Positions 29,772 to 40,343 of a DNA stretch of 64,000 nt are shown here, piece by piece (the first letter of the stretch is position 1; the number at the start of each line of letters is the position of its first letter). The DNA is taken from contig JABHOG010000126.1 of the NCBI GenBank assembly GCA_018694835.1, positions 1,765 through 65,764 on the forward strand, written 5' to 3'. A program made the translations under genes and the position numbers. The DNA comes from Planctomycetota bacterium. GTDB taxonomy: Bacteria; Planctomycetota; UBA8108; UBA1146. Below the pieces are notes generated by a model that did not search any database, was not told the origin of the DNA, and saw only the letters and a list, made by a program, of their open reading frames with translations.

Positions 29772-31466
29772 ATGAAGAAGAAGGTCGGAGAAATCCTTCT
29801 GGAGAAGGGTTGGGTTACCGACGAGCAGGTCAAGAAGGCGCTCGGCTACTCCAAGGCAGAAAACTGCAAGATTGGAGAAGCACTTGTGAATCTGGAGATC
29901 TGTTCTCAGGAACAAGTTTCCCGGGCTCTCGCAATCCACTTCCAACTGCCCTTTGCCAATCTTGGCAAGCACATCATCCCACAGGAAATCATCGATTCTG
30001 TGCCCAAGGAGGTCGCACTCGAACACAAGATCGTCCCGGTGGCGCGAAAAGGTCGCACCCTGGTGATCGCCATGGGCGACCCCCTCGATTTCTTTACCAT
30101 CGATAACCTACGTTTCATCCTCTCGACCGAGGTCGACTGCGCGCTGGCGACTCCTGCCGCGGTGGAGGAGGCACTGGACGATTACTACCGCCTTGCCGGT
30201 GGGTACGACTCGGTCCTGGGTGCCGACGCTGGGTCGGATGACGATCTCGAGTTCGGTCGTGGTGAGTTTGCCGGAGACGATGGGGATGCCAATGAGGCTC
30301 CGGTCATCAAACTGGTGCATATGATCATCGCAGACGCGCTCAAGGCCTCCGCCTCGGATATCCACATCGAGCCGATGGAGTCGGAACTCCGGGTGAGATA
30401 CCGGATCGACGGCGTTTGCAAGGTGATGGAATCGCCGCCGAAGAAGTTACAGGGCCCTGTGATCTCGCGATTGAAGATCATGTCGAGAATGGACATGGCC
30501 GAAAAACGGCGTCCTCAGGACGGCAGGATCAAGATCAAGATCCAGGGAAGAGAGATCGACCTTCGTGTTTCGATCATTCCCAGCGTCCACGGCGAGAGCG
30601 TGGTGATGAGGATTCTCGACAAGGACGCAGGACTGGTGGACCTGGAGAAACTCGGGTTCCACGAATCCGATCTCGCCCGTTTCAATCGGATCATCAAGCG
30701 CCCCAATGGAATCTTCCTGGTCACCGGCCCGACCGGTTCTGGAAAGACTACCACTCTGTACTCGGCACTGATGGATCTGAACCGTCCTGACGTCAAGATC
30801 ATCACCGCAGAGCACCCGATCGAATACAACCTGACCGGGATCAACCAGGCAGAAGTGAAGCACGAGATCGGACTCGACTTCTCAAGGATTCTTCGAGCGA
30901 TGATGCGTCAGGCACCCAACATCATCCTGGTCGGTGAGATTCGTGACCGGGAGACGGCGGACACCGCCATCCAGGCGGCGCTGACAGGTCACCTGGTCTT
31001 CTCGACTCTGCACACCAACGATGCGCCTTCCGCACTGACTCGATTGATCGATATGGGCGTGAAGCCATTCCTGGTCGCATCTGCGGTTCTCGCCATCATG
31101 GGGCAGAGACTGATCCGGGTGCTGTGCAAGGAGTGCAAGGAGGCTTACGAGCCGACCGAGACCGAACTAAGGATGGTGGGATTGAGTAGCTCAGAAATTG
31201 CGGATCAAACCCTGTACCGTCCGGTCGGTTGTCCCAAGTGCTCCAATGGATACAAGGGTCGTTGTGGAATCTATGAATTGCTGGAGATGTCTTCTGAACT
31301 CAGAGACATGACTTTCAACAAGACTCCGTCGAAGGACCTTCGCAACAAGGCGAGAAGTGAGGGAATGGTTTCCCTTCAGGAGGATGCCGTGAGGAAACTC
31401 CTGTCGGGGATTACTACCATCGAGGAAATCTTGAGGGTGACGCACTCTTCGGAGTTCTCGAGCTAA
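29772..31466 (+). CDS. type II secretion/type IV pilus assembly ATPase, GspE/PilB family (copy 1)
   Basis: 564 aa; N-terminal GSPII_E N domain, Walker A GPTGSGKTTT, Asp box, His box, tetracysteine motif CKEC...CPKC. GGAGAGG RBS. Confidence 0.9.
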   Translation: MKKKVGEILLEKGWVTDEQVKKALGYSKAENCKIGEALVNLEICSQEQVSRALAIHFQLPFANLGKHIIPQEIIDSVPKEVALEHKIVPVARKGRTLVIAMGDPLDFFTIDNLRFILSTEVDCALATPAAVEEALDDYYRLAGGYDSVLGADAGSDDDLEFGRGEFAGDDGDANEAPVIKLVHMIIADALKASASDIHIEPMESELRVRYRIDGVCKVMESPPKKLQGPVISRLKIMSRMDMAEKRRPQDGRIKIKIQGREIDLRVSIIPSVHGESVVMRILDKDAGLVDLEKLGFHESDLARFNRIIKRPNGIFLVTGPTGSGKTTTLYSALMDLNRPDVKIITAEHPIEYNLTGINQAEVKHEIGLDFSRILRAMMRQAPNIILVGEIRDRETADTAIQAALTGHLVFSTLHTNDAPSALTRLIDMGVKPFLVASAVLAIMGQRLIRVLCKECKEAYEPTETELRMVGLSSSEIADQTLYRPVGCPKCSNGYKGRCGIYELLEMSSELRDMTFNKTPSKDLRNKARSEGMVSLQEDAVRKLLSGITTIEEILRVTHSSEFSS

Positions 31467-31518
31467 TCTGAACACTTGAACCGGTACCGCCCCGGATTTG
31501 CCGGCGGTGAGGTGGAAC

Positions 31519-33228
31519 ATGGCACTGGCCGGAGAACCGATAGGTCAAATCCTCAAGGGGATGGGCCTCATCACCGAACTCGACATCCAGGAGGCACTGC
31601 AGGAGCAGAAGTCGAAGGGCGGCGCCCTCGGCCGAATTCTCTCCGACAAGGGCTTGGTTACCGATTCTGACCTCCGGGTGGCGATTGCCAAGCAAGCGGG
31701 AATGGATCCGATTGATCTCGATGAGGTGATCGTGACATCTGACCTGCTGGATCTGGTTCCCGCTCACGTGGCCGAGACCTATCAGGTGGTCCCGGTAGAG
31801 TTCGATGGCAAGGTGCTCACTCTGGCACTGGCGGACCCGCAAAACATCAGCGCTCTCGATGACATGAAGTTCATGCTCAATGTCGAGGTCAAGGGCGCAC
31901 TCAGCGATCCTGAATCGGTCGAGCGTGCGATGAAGAAGTACTATTCTGATCGCACGGAATCGATGGAGAGTTTGCTGGGTTCGATGGACCAGGGCGACAT
32001 CGAGGTGCTCGACGACAGCCGTCACGACATGATGGACATGGATCAACTGGAGCAGGATGTCAATGCCGCCCCGGTGGTGAAACTACTCAACATGGTGCTG
32101 CTGTCCGCCATCAAGGACCGTGCATCGGATATTCACCTCGAACCCTTCGAGAAGGAATTCAAGATCCGCTACCGGGTGGACGGCGTGCTCTACGAGATGA
32201 TGCCTCCCCCGATTCAACTGGCCAGGGCCGTAATTTCGAGGGTCAAGGTGATGGCAAATCTCGATATCGCCGAGACCCGTCTACCACAGGATGGCAGGAT
32301 CGAACTCAACATCTCAGGACGTCCGGTCGACCTTCGTGTCTCCACCTTGCCGACGATGTACGGCGAGTCGGTGGTGATGCGTGTGCTGGACCGAGGTCAG
32401 GTTTCCCTCGACCTGGAAAATATTGGTTTGCGTCAGAAAGACCTCGATCTGCTGAGGAAACTGATCATCAAACCAAATGGGATCATCCTGGTGACGGGGC
32501 CGACCGGTTCTGGAAAAACAACTACGCTCTACTCGTGCCTCAATGAGGCCAATGACCCGACGACCAAGATCATCACCACCGAGGACCCGGTCGAATACAA
32601 CATCGATGGTATCGTCCAGATTCCGATCAACGAAGAAATTGGAGTCACCTACGCGGCTTGTCTGCGAGCGATCCTGCGACAGGACCCGGATAAGATCCTG
32701 GTCGGTGAGATTCGAGACCTCGAGACCGCGCAGATCGCAGTAGAAGCGAGTCTCACCGGTCACATCGTGTTCTCCACCCTGCACACCAACGATGCCCCTT
32801 CTTCGATGATTCGACTGGTCGACCTGGGGATCGAAGCGTTCCTGCTCACGGCTACCGTCGAGGCGGTGGTGGCGCAGCGATTGGTGAGAAGGGTCTGTTT
32901 GGAGTGCAAGGTCGAGTACGAACCGACCGACGAGATGCTGATGGAACTGGAATTGACCCAGTCCGATGTCCAGGGCCGTACCTTCTTCTACGGAAAAGGG
33001 TGCAGGGAATGCAATAATTCCGGCTACAAGGGTCGGGTCGCTCTGTTCGAAATCATGCAGATGTCAGACCGGTTACGAGATGTGATCATGACCGGTGCGA
33101 GTACCCAGGAAGTCCAGAAACTGGCACGTGAAGAGGGGATGAAGACCCTCCGGGATGCCGGTTTGATCCACATATATGACGGAGTCACCACCATCGAGGA
33201 GGTGGTCAAGGAGACCATCGTCTCCTAG
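31519..33228 (+). CDS. type II secretion/type IV pilus assembly ATPase, GspE/PilB family (copy 2)
   Basis: Same architecture (GPTGSGKTTT, CLECK...CREC). Start set at Met 31519 with GAGGTG RBS; the ORF track starts at 31498. Confidence 0.9.
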   Translation: MALAGEPIGQILKGMGLITELDIQEALQEQKSKGGALGRILSDKGLVTDSDLRVAIAKQAGMDPIDLDEVIVTSDLLDLVPAHVAETYQVVPVEFDGKVLTLALADPQNISALDDMKFMLNVEVKGALSDPESVERAMKKYYSDRTESMESLLGSMDQGDIEVLDDSRHDMMDMDQLEQDVNAAPVVKLLNMVLLSAIKDRASDIHLEPFEKEFKIRYRVDGVLYEMMPPPIQLARAVISRVKVMANLDIAETRLPQDGRIELNISGRPVDLRVSTLPTMYGESVVMRVLDRGQVSLDLENIGLRQKDLDLLRKLIIKPNGIILVTGPTGSGKTTTLYSCLNEANDPTTKIITTEDPVEYNIDGIVQIPINEEIGVTYAACLRAILRQDPDKILVGEIRDLETAQIAVEASLTGHIVFSTLHTNDAPSSMIRLVDLGIEAFLLTATVEAVVAQRLVRRVCLECKVEYEPTDEMLMELELTQSDVQGRTFFYGKGCRECNNSGYKGRVALFEIMQMSDRLRDVIMTGASTQEVQKLAREEGMKTLRDAGLIHIYDGVTTIEEVVKETIVS

Positions 33229-33293
33229 AGGATTATCCCCTAAGATGTGAAAGCGAGGCTCAAGGATGAGCCTCACCAGAAGGAGCAGCACAG

Positions 33294-34529
33294 ATGGCGG
33301 TTTTCGAATACGAAGCAGTCGGCCCAGGAGGGCAGAAGAAGCGTAGTACTATCGAGGCGGGTAATCAGCAGGAGGCTATCAAGCAACTGCGGTCCCGTGG
33401 CTTGAAGCCAACGAAAATTCGCGAGAACAAGGGTGGGCCCAAGGCTGCACAGGGAAAAAAGAAGAGGAAACTGAACCTCAATCCATTCGGAGGCAGAGTC
33501 TCACAGGCAGAACTGGTGCAGTTCACTCAGCAGCTCGCCACCCTTCAGGACGCAGGCCTTCCGATCGTTCGTTCTCTCAAGATTCTTGCCGACCAGATGA
33601 CTCCAAGTACTTTTCAGGACCAACTGAACAAGGTGACCGAAGATGTAGAGGGTGGTGCGACCTTCTCGGAAGCGCTGGAAAAGTTCCCGAAGACTTTTAA
33701 TCACCTGTTCGTTGCAATGGTCAAGGCCGGTGAAATCGGTGGAGTTCTCGATACCATCTTGCAGCGATTGTCCGACTTCCAGGAAAAGTCGATGAAGTTG
33801 CGGAAGAAGGTACAGGGAGCGATGGTGTATCCGATTGCGGTGATCTGCGTCGCCTGTTTGATCCTCGGATTCATCATGACCAAAGTGATCCCGCAGTTTC
33901 AAAAGATGTTCGCCGACATGGGGACGGCACTCCCGGCCCCTACTCAGATGCTACTGGGATTCGCAAATGCTGTTCAGAGTTACTGGTATCTCGCTCCTTT
34001 GGTGGTTTTCTTTGGGTACGCTGCCCTCAAGGGGCTCGCCAACACGAATGCCGGGGAGTTGATGATCGACAAGTCCAAACTCCATGCTCCCGTCTTCGGG
34101 CAAATCGTCAGGAAGTCGACGATTTCCCGTTTCTGCCGCACACTGGGAACTCTGATCTCCTCCGGGGTGCCGATTCTTGAAGCACTCGATATCGTCAAGA
34201 CTGCGGTGGGGAACAGGGTCATCTCTGACGCCATCGAAGAGGTCTGTGGCTCAATTCGAGAGGGAGAAACCATCGCAGAGCCGCTCGGTGCCTCAGGGGT
34301 GTTCGATCCACTGCTGGTCAACATGATCGACATCGGTGAGGAAACCGGAGAACTGGACAAGATGCTCAACAAAATCTCCGACAATTACGATCTCGATGTA
34401 GACGTTCTGGTGGAGTCGCTGTCGAGTCTGCTCGAACCATTGTTGATCGTTGGCATGGGAGGGGCGGTCGGCTTCATCGTCGTGGCTCTGTTCATGCCCC
34501 TGCTTTCGATCATCCAGACTGTTGGATAG
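33294..34529 (+). CDS. type II secretion system F-family inner-membrane platform protein (GspF/PilC)
   Basis: 411 aa; typical N-terminus (MAVFEYEAV...) and duplicated T2SSF domains. Confidence 0.9.
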   Translation: MAVFEYEAVGPGGQKKRSTIEAGNQQEAIKQLRSRGLKPTKIRENKGGPKAAQGKKKRKLNLNPFGGRVSQAELVQFTQQLATLQDAGLPIVRSLKILADQMTPSTFQDQLNKVTEDVEGGATFSEALEKFPKTFNHLFVAMVKAGEIGGVLDTILQRLSDFQEKSMKLRKKVQGAMVYPIAVICVACLILGFIMTKVIPQFQKMFADMGTALPAPTQMLLGFANAVQSYWYLAPLVVFFGYAALKGLANTNAGELMIDKSKLHAPVFGQIVRKSTISRFCRTLGTLISSGVPILEALDIVKTAVGNRVISDAIEEVCGSIREGETIAEPLGASGVFDPLLVNMIDIGEETGELDKMLNKISDNYDLDVDVLVESLSSLLEPLLIVGMGGAVGFIVVALFMPLLSIIQTVG

Positions 34530-34571
34530 AACGGATCGAAGCATCCTGACCGCACTTGTAGATAATATCGA

Positions 34572-34614
34572 GTCCGTGAAGGGGAAGATTCCTTCCCCTT
34601 CACGGACTTTTTCC
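34572..34614 (+). terminator. rho-independent terminator (16-bp perfect stem, 4-nt loop, TTTTT tail) after gspF-like gene
   Basis: gtccgtgaaggggaag-attc-cttccccttcacggac followed by tttttcc, read directly. Confidence 0.7.
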
Positions 34615-34618
34615 AATC

Positions 34619-36967
34619 TTGAGAGGGCACCCTTTGAGATCCTCGATTGATCAGAAGTGGCTCGATTCATTCCGAGTCTGGAGCCATGGACCCGAATACC
34701 ATGCGTCCTCGTTGGCGGATATCGCTGATACCTTGGGTCTGAAGAGCAAGGACCACCCTCGCCTGAAAGAGTTACTGGAAGACCTGGAAGAGCAGGGAGA
34801 AACGGTTCACCTGCTCGCTCGAGGCTGGTTTGTGCCTCGTCGAGAGAGGTGGTTGGTCGGAACCCTCACGGTGACTCGACGTGGTTTCGGTTTTGTTCGA
34901 CCGCTGGTCGAGGATCCACAAGGTGACGTGTTCATCCCAGCGCGGCGACTCAAAGATGCTCATCACGGGGATCGAGTGCTCGCCGGGATCTCTCAGCCGG
35001 GTCGTGGTCGTCCTGGTTCAGCCCAGGAAGGCCGTAGCGGCAAGGTTCTCGAAGTCCTGGTCCGTAGCCCGAGAGTCATTCCCGGACAGTACTGGAAGCA
35101 ACGAGATGGCGGTGGAATGGTGCAACCGATGCGCCATGACAGTCTCCGCCAGATCTGGATCGACCCCGGCCATAGAAATGGTGCCGATGACGGAGATCGA
35201 GTTCTGGCTCGACTGAGAAACGGCCCCCCAGTCGATGGCATGCCACCAGGAGAAGTGGTTTGTCAGTGGGCTCCGGAGGGGACCTGGCGTGCTGATTTGC
35301 AGGTGGTTTGTGCAGAGCATCAGCTGCGTGAGGAGTTTCCACCACAAGTACTTCAGCAGGCGGATGGATTTCCCGAGCAGATCTCTGAGGATGAGATCGA
35401 CAGGCGTACCGATCTCCGAGCGATTCCGTTTGTCACCATCGATCCGGAGGACGCCAAGGATTTCGATGATGCGATTGCTCTGGTCGAGCAAGCCGATGGT
35501 CGAGTCTTGCTCGGAGTGGCGATTGCAGATGTCAGTCACTATGTCACGTCTGGAGATCCGATCGATGGCGAGGCCATCCTTCGTAGCACCAGCGTCTACA
35601 TCCCGGGAAAGACCATCCCGATGCTTCCGGAGCGACTGAGCAATGGATTGTGTTCCCTGAGGCCGGGAGAAGATCGACTCGCCAAGGTGGTCTGGATCGA
35701 GGTCGGAGACGAAGGACAGATCCAGGACGCGTTCGTCGAGAGGGCAGTCATCCGCAGTGCCCAGAGATTCTCTTATCAACAGGTACAACAAATCATCGAC
35801 GGGGAAGTTGAATCGACTCGTATCACCACCGAAACGATCGTTGCGATGCTGCACCAACTCTCCGGAGTTCGTACGAAACTGAGGGGTCGTAGGATGCGTT
35901 CTGGCTGCATCGATCTCGATCTGGCCGAGATGAAGTTGATTCTGGATGACGAGGGTGAGGTGATCGGGGTCGAGGCGAAGGAACGACTCGAGGCCCACAA
36001 ATTGGTCGAGGAGTGCATGCTCATCGCCAATGAGGCGGTCGCCACCATCGCTACCGAGAGAGAGATTCCGATCCTTCGTCGGGTCCATGCACCTCCAGAG
36101 GAAGAGGACCTCGAGAAGTTTGCCCGACTGTGTCGGGTACTCGCTCCAGCAGTGACGGTAAGAGGGATCGATGACCTTCCCGCAGTGATCGACGAGGTCC
36201 GTGGAACTGCAGCGGCTCCGGTGGTCTCCTTTGCCTTGCTCAAGACCTTGAGCCGGGCCGAGTACAGTCCCAGACGTGAGTCACACTTTGCCCTGAGGAA
36301 AGAGGAGTACTGTCACTTCACGTCGCCGATCCGCAGATATCCCGATCTTCAGGTCCATCGCGCACTGGATCGCCATCTTTTCTCGGGTGGGGGTCCAGTG
36401 ATGGAATCGGACTCCGCTTCCCTGCTGGAACTGGCGGAATCTTGCAGCACTCGTGAAAGAATTGCCGAGAAAGCTGAGCGCGACATGTCCCGATTGCGGG
36501 CGATCTCTTGGCTGCGCCATCGGGTAGGGGAGCGGTTCACAGGGATCGTCACCTCGGTGAGAGAGCAGGGATTTCATGTACGACTCGATGGTGTCCTCAT
36601 CGATGGCTTCGTCCATGTTTCCAAGCTTCAGGATGACCACTATCATTTCAACGAAACTCAGTTCGCGCTGAGGGGTGCCAATGCCGGGAACATGATTCGC
36701 CTTGGAGATCCGGTCGAGGTCGAACTGGAATCGGTAGATCCGCTCCATCGAGATATCGATCTGAGGTACTGTCACACCAGAACGGGAGCTCGGAGAGGTC
36801 GAGGTTCTGGCGGAGTCCCCGCCACCCGATTGAAAGAAGGTCGGCCCCAACGCCCTCGGGAAGAAGAGCATGGCTCGAGGAAGCCTCGCCGAGGAGCGAC
36901 TCGGCACGGTCGATCAGGGAAGAAAAAAGGTGGCCCCGGAAAGGGTCGCCGGAGGACCCACGGATGA
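34619..36967 (+). CDS. rnr: ribonuclease R
   Basis: 782 aa; N-terminal HTH/cold-shock region, RNB catalytic domain (FVTIDPEDAKDFDDAIAL), S1 domain, basic C-terminal tail. TTG start. Confidence 0.85.
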   Translation: MRGHPLRSSIDQKWLDSFRVWSHGPEYHASSLADIADTLGLKSKDHPRLKELLEDLEEQGETVHLLARGWFVPRRERWLVGTLTVTRRGFGFVRPLVEDPQGDVFIPARRLKDAHHGDRVLAGISQPGRGRPGSAQEGRSGKVLEVLVRSPRVIPGQYWKQRDGGGMVQPMRHDSLRQIWIDPGHRNGADDGDRVLARLRNGPPVDGMPPGEVVCQWAPEGTWRADLQVVCAEHQLREEFPPQVLQQADGFPEQISEDEIDRRTDLRAIPFVTIDPEDAKDFDDAIALVEQADGRVLLGVAIADVSHYVTSGDPIDGEAILRSTSVYIPGKTIPMLPERLSNGLCSLRPGEDRLAKVVWIEVGDEGQIQDAFVERAVIRSAQRFSYQQVQQIIDGEVESTRITTETIVAMLHQLSGVRTKLRGRRMRSGCIDLDLAEMKLILDDEGEVIGVEAKERLEAHKLVEECMLIANEAVATIATEREIPILRRVHAPPEEEDLEKFARLCRVLAPAVTVRGIDDLPAVIDEVRGTAAAPVVSFALLKTLSRAEYSPRRESHFALRKEEYCHFTSPIRRYPDLQVHRALDRHLFSGGGPVMESDSASLLELAESCSTRERIAEKAERDMSRLRAISWLRHRVGERFTGIVTSVREQGFHVRLDGVLIDGFVHVSKLQDDHYHFNETQFALRGANAGNMIRLGDPVEVELESVDPLHRDIDLRYCHTRTGARRGRGSGGVPATRLKEGRPQRPREEEHGSRKPRRGATRHGRSGKKKGGPGKGRRRTHG

Positions 36968-37407
36968 GCGCTGAGAACTACCAGATATGGACCGATGGAG
37001 CCTGTCGGGGGAATCCCGGACCGGGGGGATGGGCCTATATCGTGCGTGCTGGAGATGGATCCGAGGAAGTCTGTTACGATCACCACCGTTCCACCACCAA
37101 CAACCGGATGGAACTGACTGCCGCTCTGGAAGCGTTACGCTCATTACCGGACGGGTCGGAAGCGACCTTGTTCAGCGATTCGCAGTACGTGGTCAAGGGA
37201 ATGAGCGAATGGGTGAAAGGCTGGCAACGCAGGAACTGGCGAAAGTCTGACGGCAAGCCGGTCCTCAATGATGATATCTGGAAGCAGCTGATACAGGCTG
37301 CAGTGGGAAGAACGATCCGCTGGAGTTGGGTCGAAGGCCACGCGGGCCATGAAGAAAACGAAAGATGTGATGCGCTCGCTAATCGAGCCATCGATGAGGC
37401 GTCTTGA
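36964..37407 (+). CDS. rnhA: ribonuclease HI
   Basis: 147 aa; WTDGACRGNPGPGGWAY...MELTAALEAL...VEGHAGHEENERCDALA. Confidence 0.9.
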   Translation: MSAENYQIWTDGACRGNPGPGGWAYIVRAGDGSEEVCYDHHRSTTNNRMELTAALEALRSLPDGSEATLFSDSQYVVKGMSEWVKGWQRRNWRKSDGKPVLNDDIWKQLIQAAVGRTIRWSWVEGHAGHEENERCDALANRAIDEAS

Positions 37408-37428
37408 CCGAATTGAGAGGAAAATAAG

Positions 37429-38112
37429 ATGAGAGCAATTCAATGGACCGTTGCTGCGGCAGCGGTATTGACAGTAGGAATGGCGGCAACTGCGATGGTG
37501 GAAGATCTCACGGCGATTCCACCTGCAGCGAAGGACCTCCATGCGATGCTGTCCCGGTCCAAGGTCACCCTTGAGCAAGCGGTGAAAAAGGTGACCGACC
37601 TGACCGGTGGGCTGGCTCAGTCGGCAGAACTCCGCACCGGTTCTGCGAACCCGTTGTACGAGGTCATTTCCGTGAGCACCGATAAGGTCGAACGCGTCAT
37701 GATCTCGGGGAGTGGCGAGGTGGTCGAAAGGGTGCAGATCCCTCGCTTTCCGGGAATCCCCACCGATGGAGAGATGCAGATCAATGAGTCGGGACTGCAC
37801 TTCATCGATCTGGAAGTGGGAACCGGTGAGTCTCCTCCCGATTCCACCAGTACGGTCAAAGTGCACTACTCCGGTTATCTCACCGATGGAACGATGTTTG
37901 ACAGCAGCGTGGATCGAGGTGTACCGGCCGAGTTCCCGCTCAATCGAGTGATCAGTGGTTGGACCGAAGGGGTCGGATCGATGAAGGTGGGCGGAAAGAG
38001 GAAATTGATCATTCCATCCTCCATGGGCTACGGAATGCAGGGTCGTCCGCCGAAGATACCTGGTGGAGCTACGCTGGTTTTTGACGTGGAATTGATCGAG
38101 ATCGTCCAGTAG
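37429..38112 (+). CDS. FKBP-type peptidyl-prolyl cis-trans isomerase (secreted)
   Basis: Signal peptide; FKBP domain (VKVHYSGYLTDGTMFDSS...LIIPSSMGYG...GATLVFDVELIEI). Confidence 0.85.
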   Translation: MRAIQWTVAAAAVLTVGMAATAMVEDLTAIPPAAKDLHAMLSRSKVTLEQAVKKVTDLTGGLAQSAELRTGSANPLYEVISVSTDKVERVMISGSGEVVERVQIPRFPGIPTDGEMQINESGLHFIDLEVGTGESPPDSTSTVKVHYSGYLTDGTMFDSSVDRGVPAEFPLNRVISGWTEGVGSMKVGGKRKLIIPSSMGYGMQGRPPKIPGGATLVFDVELIEIVQ

Positions 38113-38304
38113 TCCGATAATGAGGAGGATCAAGCGATGTGCTGGGGCCTCCTCCCCATCGTATTCTTTGGAAGACGGGTATCGTACCCTTCGAGTGTCG
38201 TTGCGAGATCATGGCTGTGGACCTAGAATCTTCGGTCCGGTGCTGTTGTTTGTACTTCATTGTGAAGATTAGGTTTGAAACCAACCGAGAGGTAGGTCCG
38301 AGAG

Positions 38305-40188
38305 ATGTCGACCGGCTTCTTCAAGCGTAACGAACGGGTCGTGATGACCCTTCTGTTGCTGCTGATTGCCCCAACCTTTGCTGCGACTGGTCTGATCAGT
38401 TGGTGGGCCAGAGACGCCTCTGCCACCGCTTCGTATGAGATCAACGGTGAGACTGTAACCACCCAGGATTTCAGCGAAAAGCGCCGAGAACTGTCAAAAA
38501 CTCTGTGGCTGAATAATGTCCGGAGATTTGGCTGGTGGGGCGCAAGAGCAGATCGGTACCGCCAAGCGACGGTAGACGATGTGCTCAAACAACTGGTCTT
38601 CGAAGATGAGATCACTCGGATGGGTATTGAACCCAGTGATCAGAGTAAGGACCTGGAAGTTCGCGAAGCGGTCCTCGATGTGACCACCTGGTATCGAGTC
38701 ATGGAGAATGCTGGCTGGACCGGGACTTATCAGGAGCGATATCCCGACTACATCAGTCAACGATCTCTGGCTCGGCTCGATCTATCGACCTACGGTGCCG
38801 CACTGAGCGATCCAAACTTCAACATCCAGATGTCAAAGAAGGAATTCGAGGAAACCGTAATCTCGAGCCTGCGGGTGCAAGAACTGGTCAGGTCCGTCGT
38901 CGAAGCCGCAGTGGTGACGGAGAAGGAAGCCTTCGAGGAGTTCTCATCGCAGAATGAGCGTCGAGTTCTCGAGTTGATTCAGGTATCGCAGGACACCTTC
39001 CTGGAAGAGGCGAGCGAGCAGGTCACTCCGGAGGATGTGGAAGCGACCTACAACGATAATCCTGAGCAGTTTGTGCTGGAAAATCGCCTCGGAATCGAAG
39101 TGGCACGGATCGACCGACCTCGCCTGCAGGCGGTCATCGAATTCGAACCCACTGCCGAAGAGGTCGAGGCTCGATATGAGGCGGACAAGGACACCCTGTG
39201 GCGGGTTCGTCGGCCGGAAGGCTACGTTCCGCCAGAAGACGCGTTACCCGAGGATGACTATCGACCACTCACCGAAATCATCGAGAGAGTGATCCGAGTG
39301 CTGTCGCGTGAGCATGCTCAGAAGGAGGAGGCGAGAATCCTCCAGGAGGCTCTCGACCAGCTCAAGGCGATGAAGGAACTCGGAGAGTCGGTTCCGATGG
39401 AGCAAGCGTTTCCCGAGGGGATCGACTTCGTCGAAGTCCGCACGATCGAGCCATTCATCCAGAGGGAAGTCTACGAGCTCGAGGATGATATCAAGAATCC
39501 AGCAGCGTTTGCCAGTTTATTCCTCAAGGAGCGCGCTTCTCCCGGGACAGTAAAGCCTGGAGATTTGTGCGAGACGATTGCAGCCAATGGTCAGGGGAAC
39601 TTCATCTTCAGGGTGGTCGAAATGCTTCCCAAGCGCACCATGACTTATGATGAGGCGCTTCCCGATGCGCTCAAGGCGACTGAGGAATCGAAAGCCAAGG
39701 AACTGATGGCGGAAGCGATCGGCCAATCACTGGAGCGAGTGCAGAGTGGCGAAGAGACCCTCGAAGATTTCGCCCAGGAAAACAACTACACCATTCATGA
39801 GATGGATCCAGTCTCTCGCAGCCAGTCCTTCAATCTGAAGATTGATAACAAGGTGCTGTTGGCTCGAACAGAAGTCATCGCAGAAGCCTTTGATATTCTT
39901 GAAGAGGGTTCAGTCGCTGGACCGATCACGAATGTGACAGATTCTGCAGGCTATGTCATTCGCCTCAAGAGTATCGAGGCCCCGGACATGGAGTTGTTTA
40001 ACTCGCTGAGAACCAGTACCGAGACGAGATTGCTCAGCGCCAAGAAGCAGGCATTGTTGGACGCCTTTGAGGCCAACCTGATGGCTGCTGCAGACATTCG
40101 GGTGTACCAGAGCGATGGCCCTGCACAGCTTCGCAGCGACCTGATCGAGGAAGCGGCGCAGGACCCCGAGGGTTCGGCGACTCCCTGA
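38305..40188 (+). CDS. PpiD/SurA-like periplasmic chaperone (SurA N-terminal domain protein, membrane-anchored)
   Basis: 627 aa; N-terminal TM anchor and SurA_N-like region. No clear parvulin catalytic motif seen, so assignment is tentative. Confidence 0.5.
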   Translation: MSTGFFKRNERVVMTLLLLLIAPTFAATGLISWWARDASATASYEINGETVTTQDFSEKRRELSKTLWLNNVRRFGWWGARADRYRQATVDDVLKQLVFEDEITRMGIEPSDQSKDLEVREAVLDVTTWYRVMENAGWTGTYQERYPDYISQRSLARLDLSTYGAALSDPNFNIQMSKKEFEETVISSLRVQELVRSVVEAAVVTEKEAFEEFSSQNERRVLELIQVSQDTFLEEASEQVTPEDVEATYNDNPEQFVLENRLGIEVARIDRPRLQAVIEFEPTAEEVEARYEADKDTLWRVRRPEGYVPPEDALPEDDYRPLTEIIERVIRVLSREHAQKEEARILQEALDQLKAMKELGESVPMEQAFPEGIDFVEVRTIEPFIQREVYELEDDIKNPAAFASLFLKERASPGTVKPGDLCETIAANGQGNFIFRVVEMLPKRTMTYDEALPDALKATEESKAKELMAEAIGQSLERVQSGEETLEDFAQENNYTIHEMDPVSRSQSFNLKIDNKVLLARTEVIAEAFDILEEGSVAGPITNVTDSAGYVIRLKSIEAPDMELFNSLRTSTETRLLSAKKQALLDAFEANLMAAADIRVYQSDGPAQLRSDLIEEAAQDPEGSATP

Positions 40189-40218
40189 TCCAGTTTGAAC
40201 TGATCGTAGAATATTCCA

Positions 40219-40260
40219 GGGCCGTGTCCGTCTCCGAATAGTGGAGAGGAGACACGGCCC
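40219..40260. terminator. bidirectional hairpin terminator between convergent PpiD-like and rpiB genes
   Basis: gggccgtgtc...gacacggccc: 10-bp GC-rich inverted repeat in a 156-bp convergent intergenic region. Confidence 0.5.
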
Positions 40261-40343
40261 TGGTTGCATCTAATCGCAACTTCCACTCTGCCCGGCTGTT
40301 TCTGGCATGCCAGGCTTCCCCCTGCGCGAAACAGGGTGAGTGC

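Noticed and set aside
35018-36088. 356-aa minus-strand ORF inside rnr
   Set aside because: Antisense to an unambiguous RNase R CDS.
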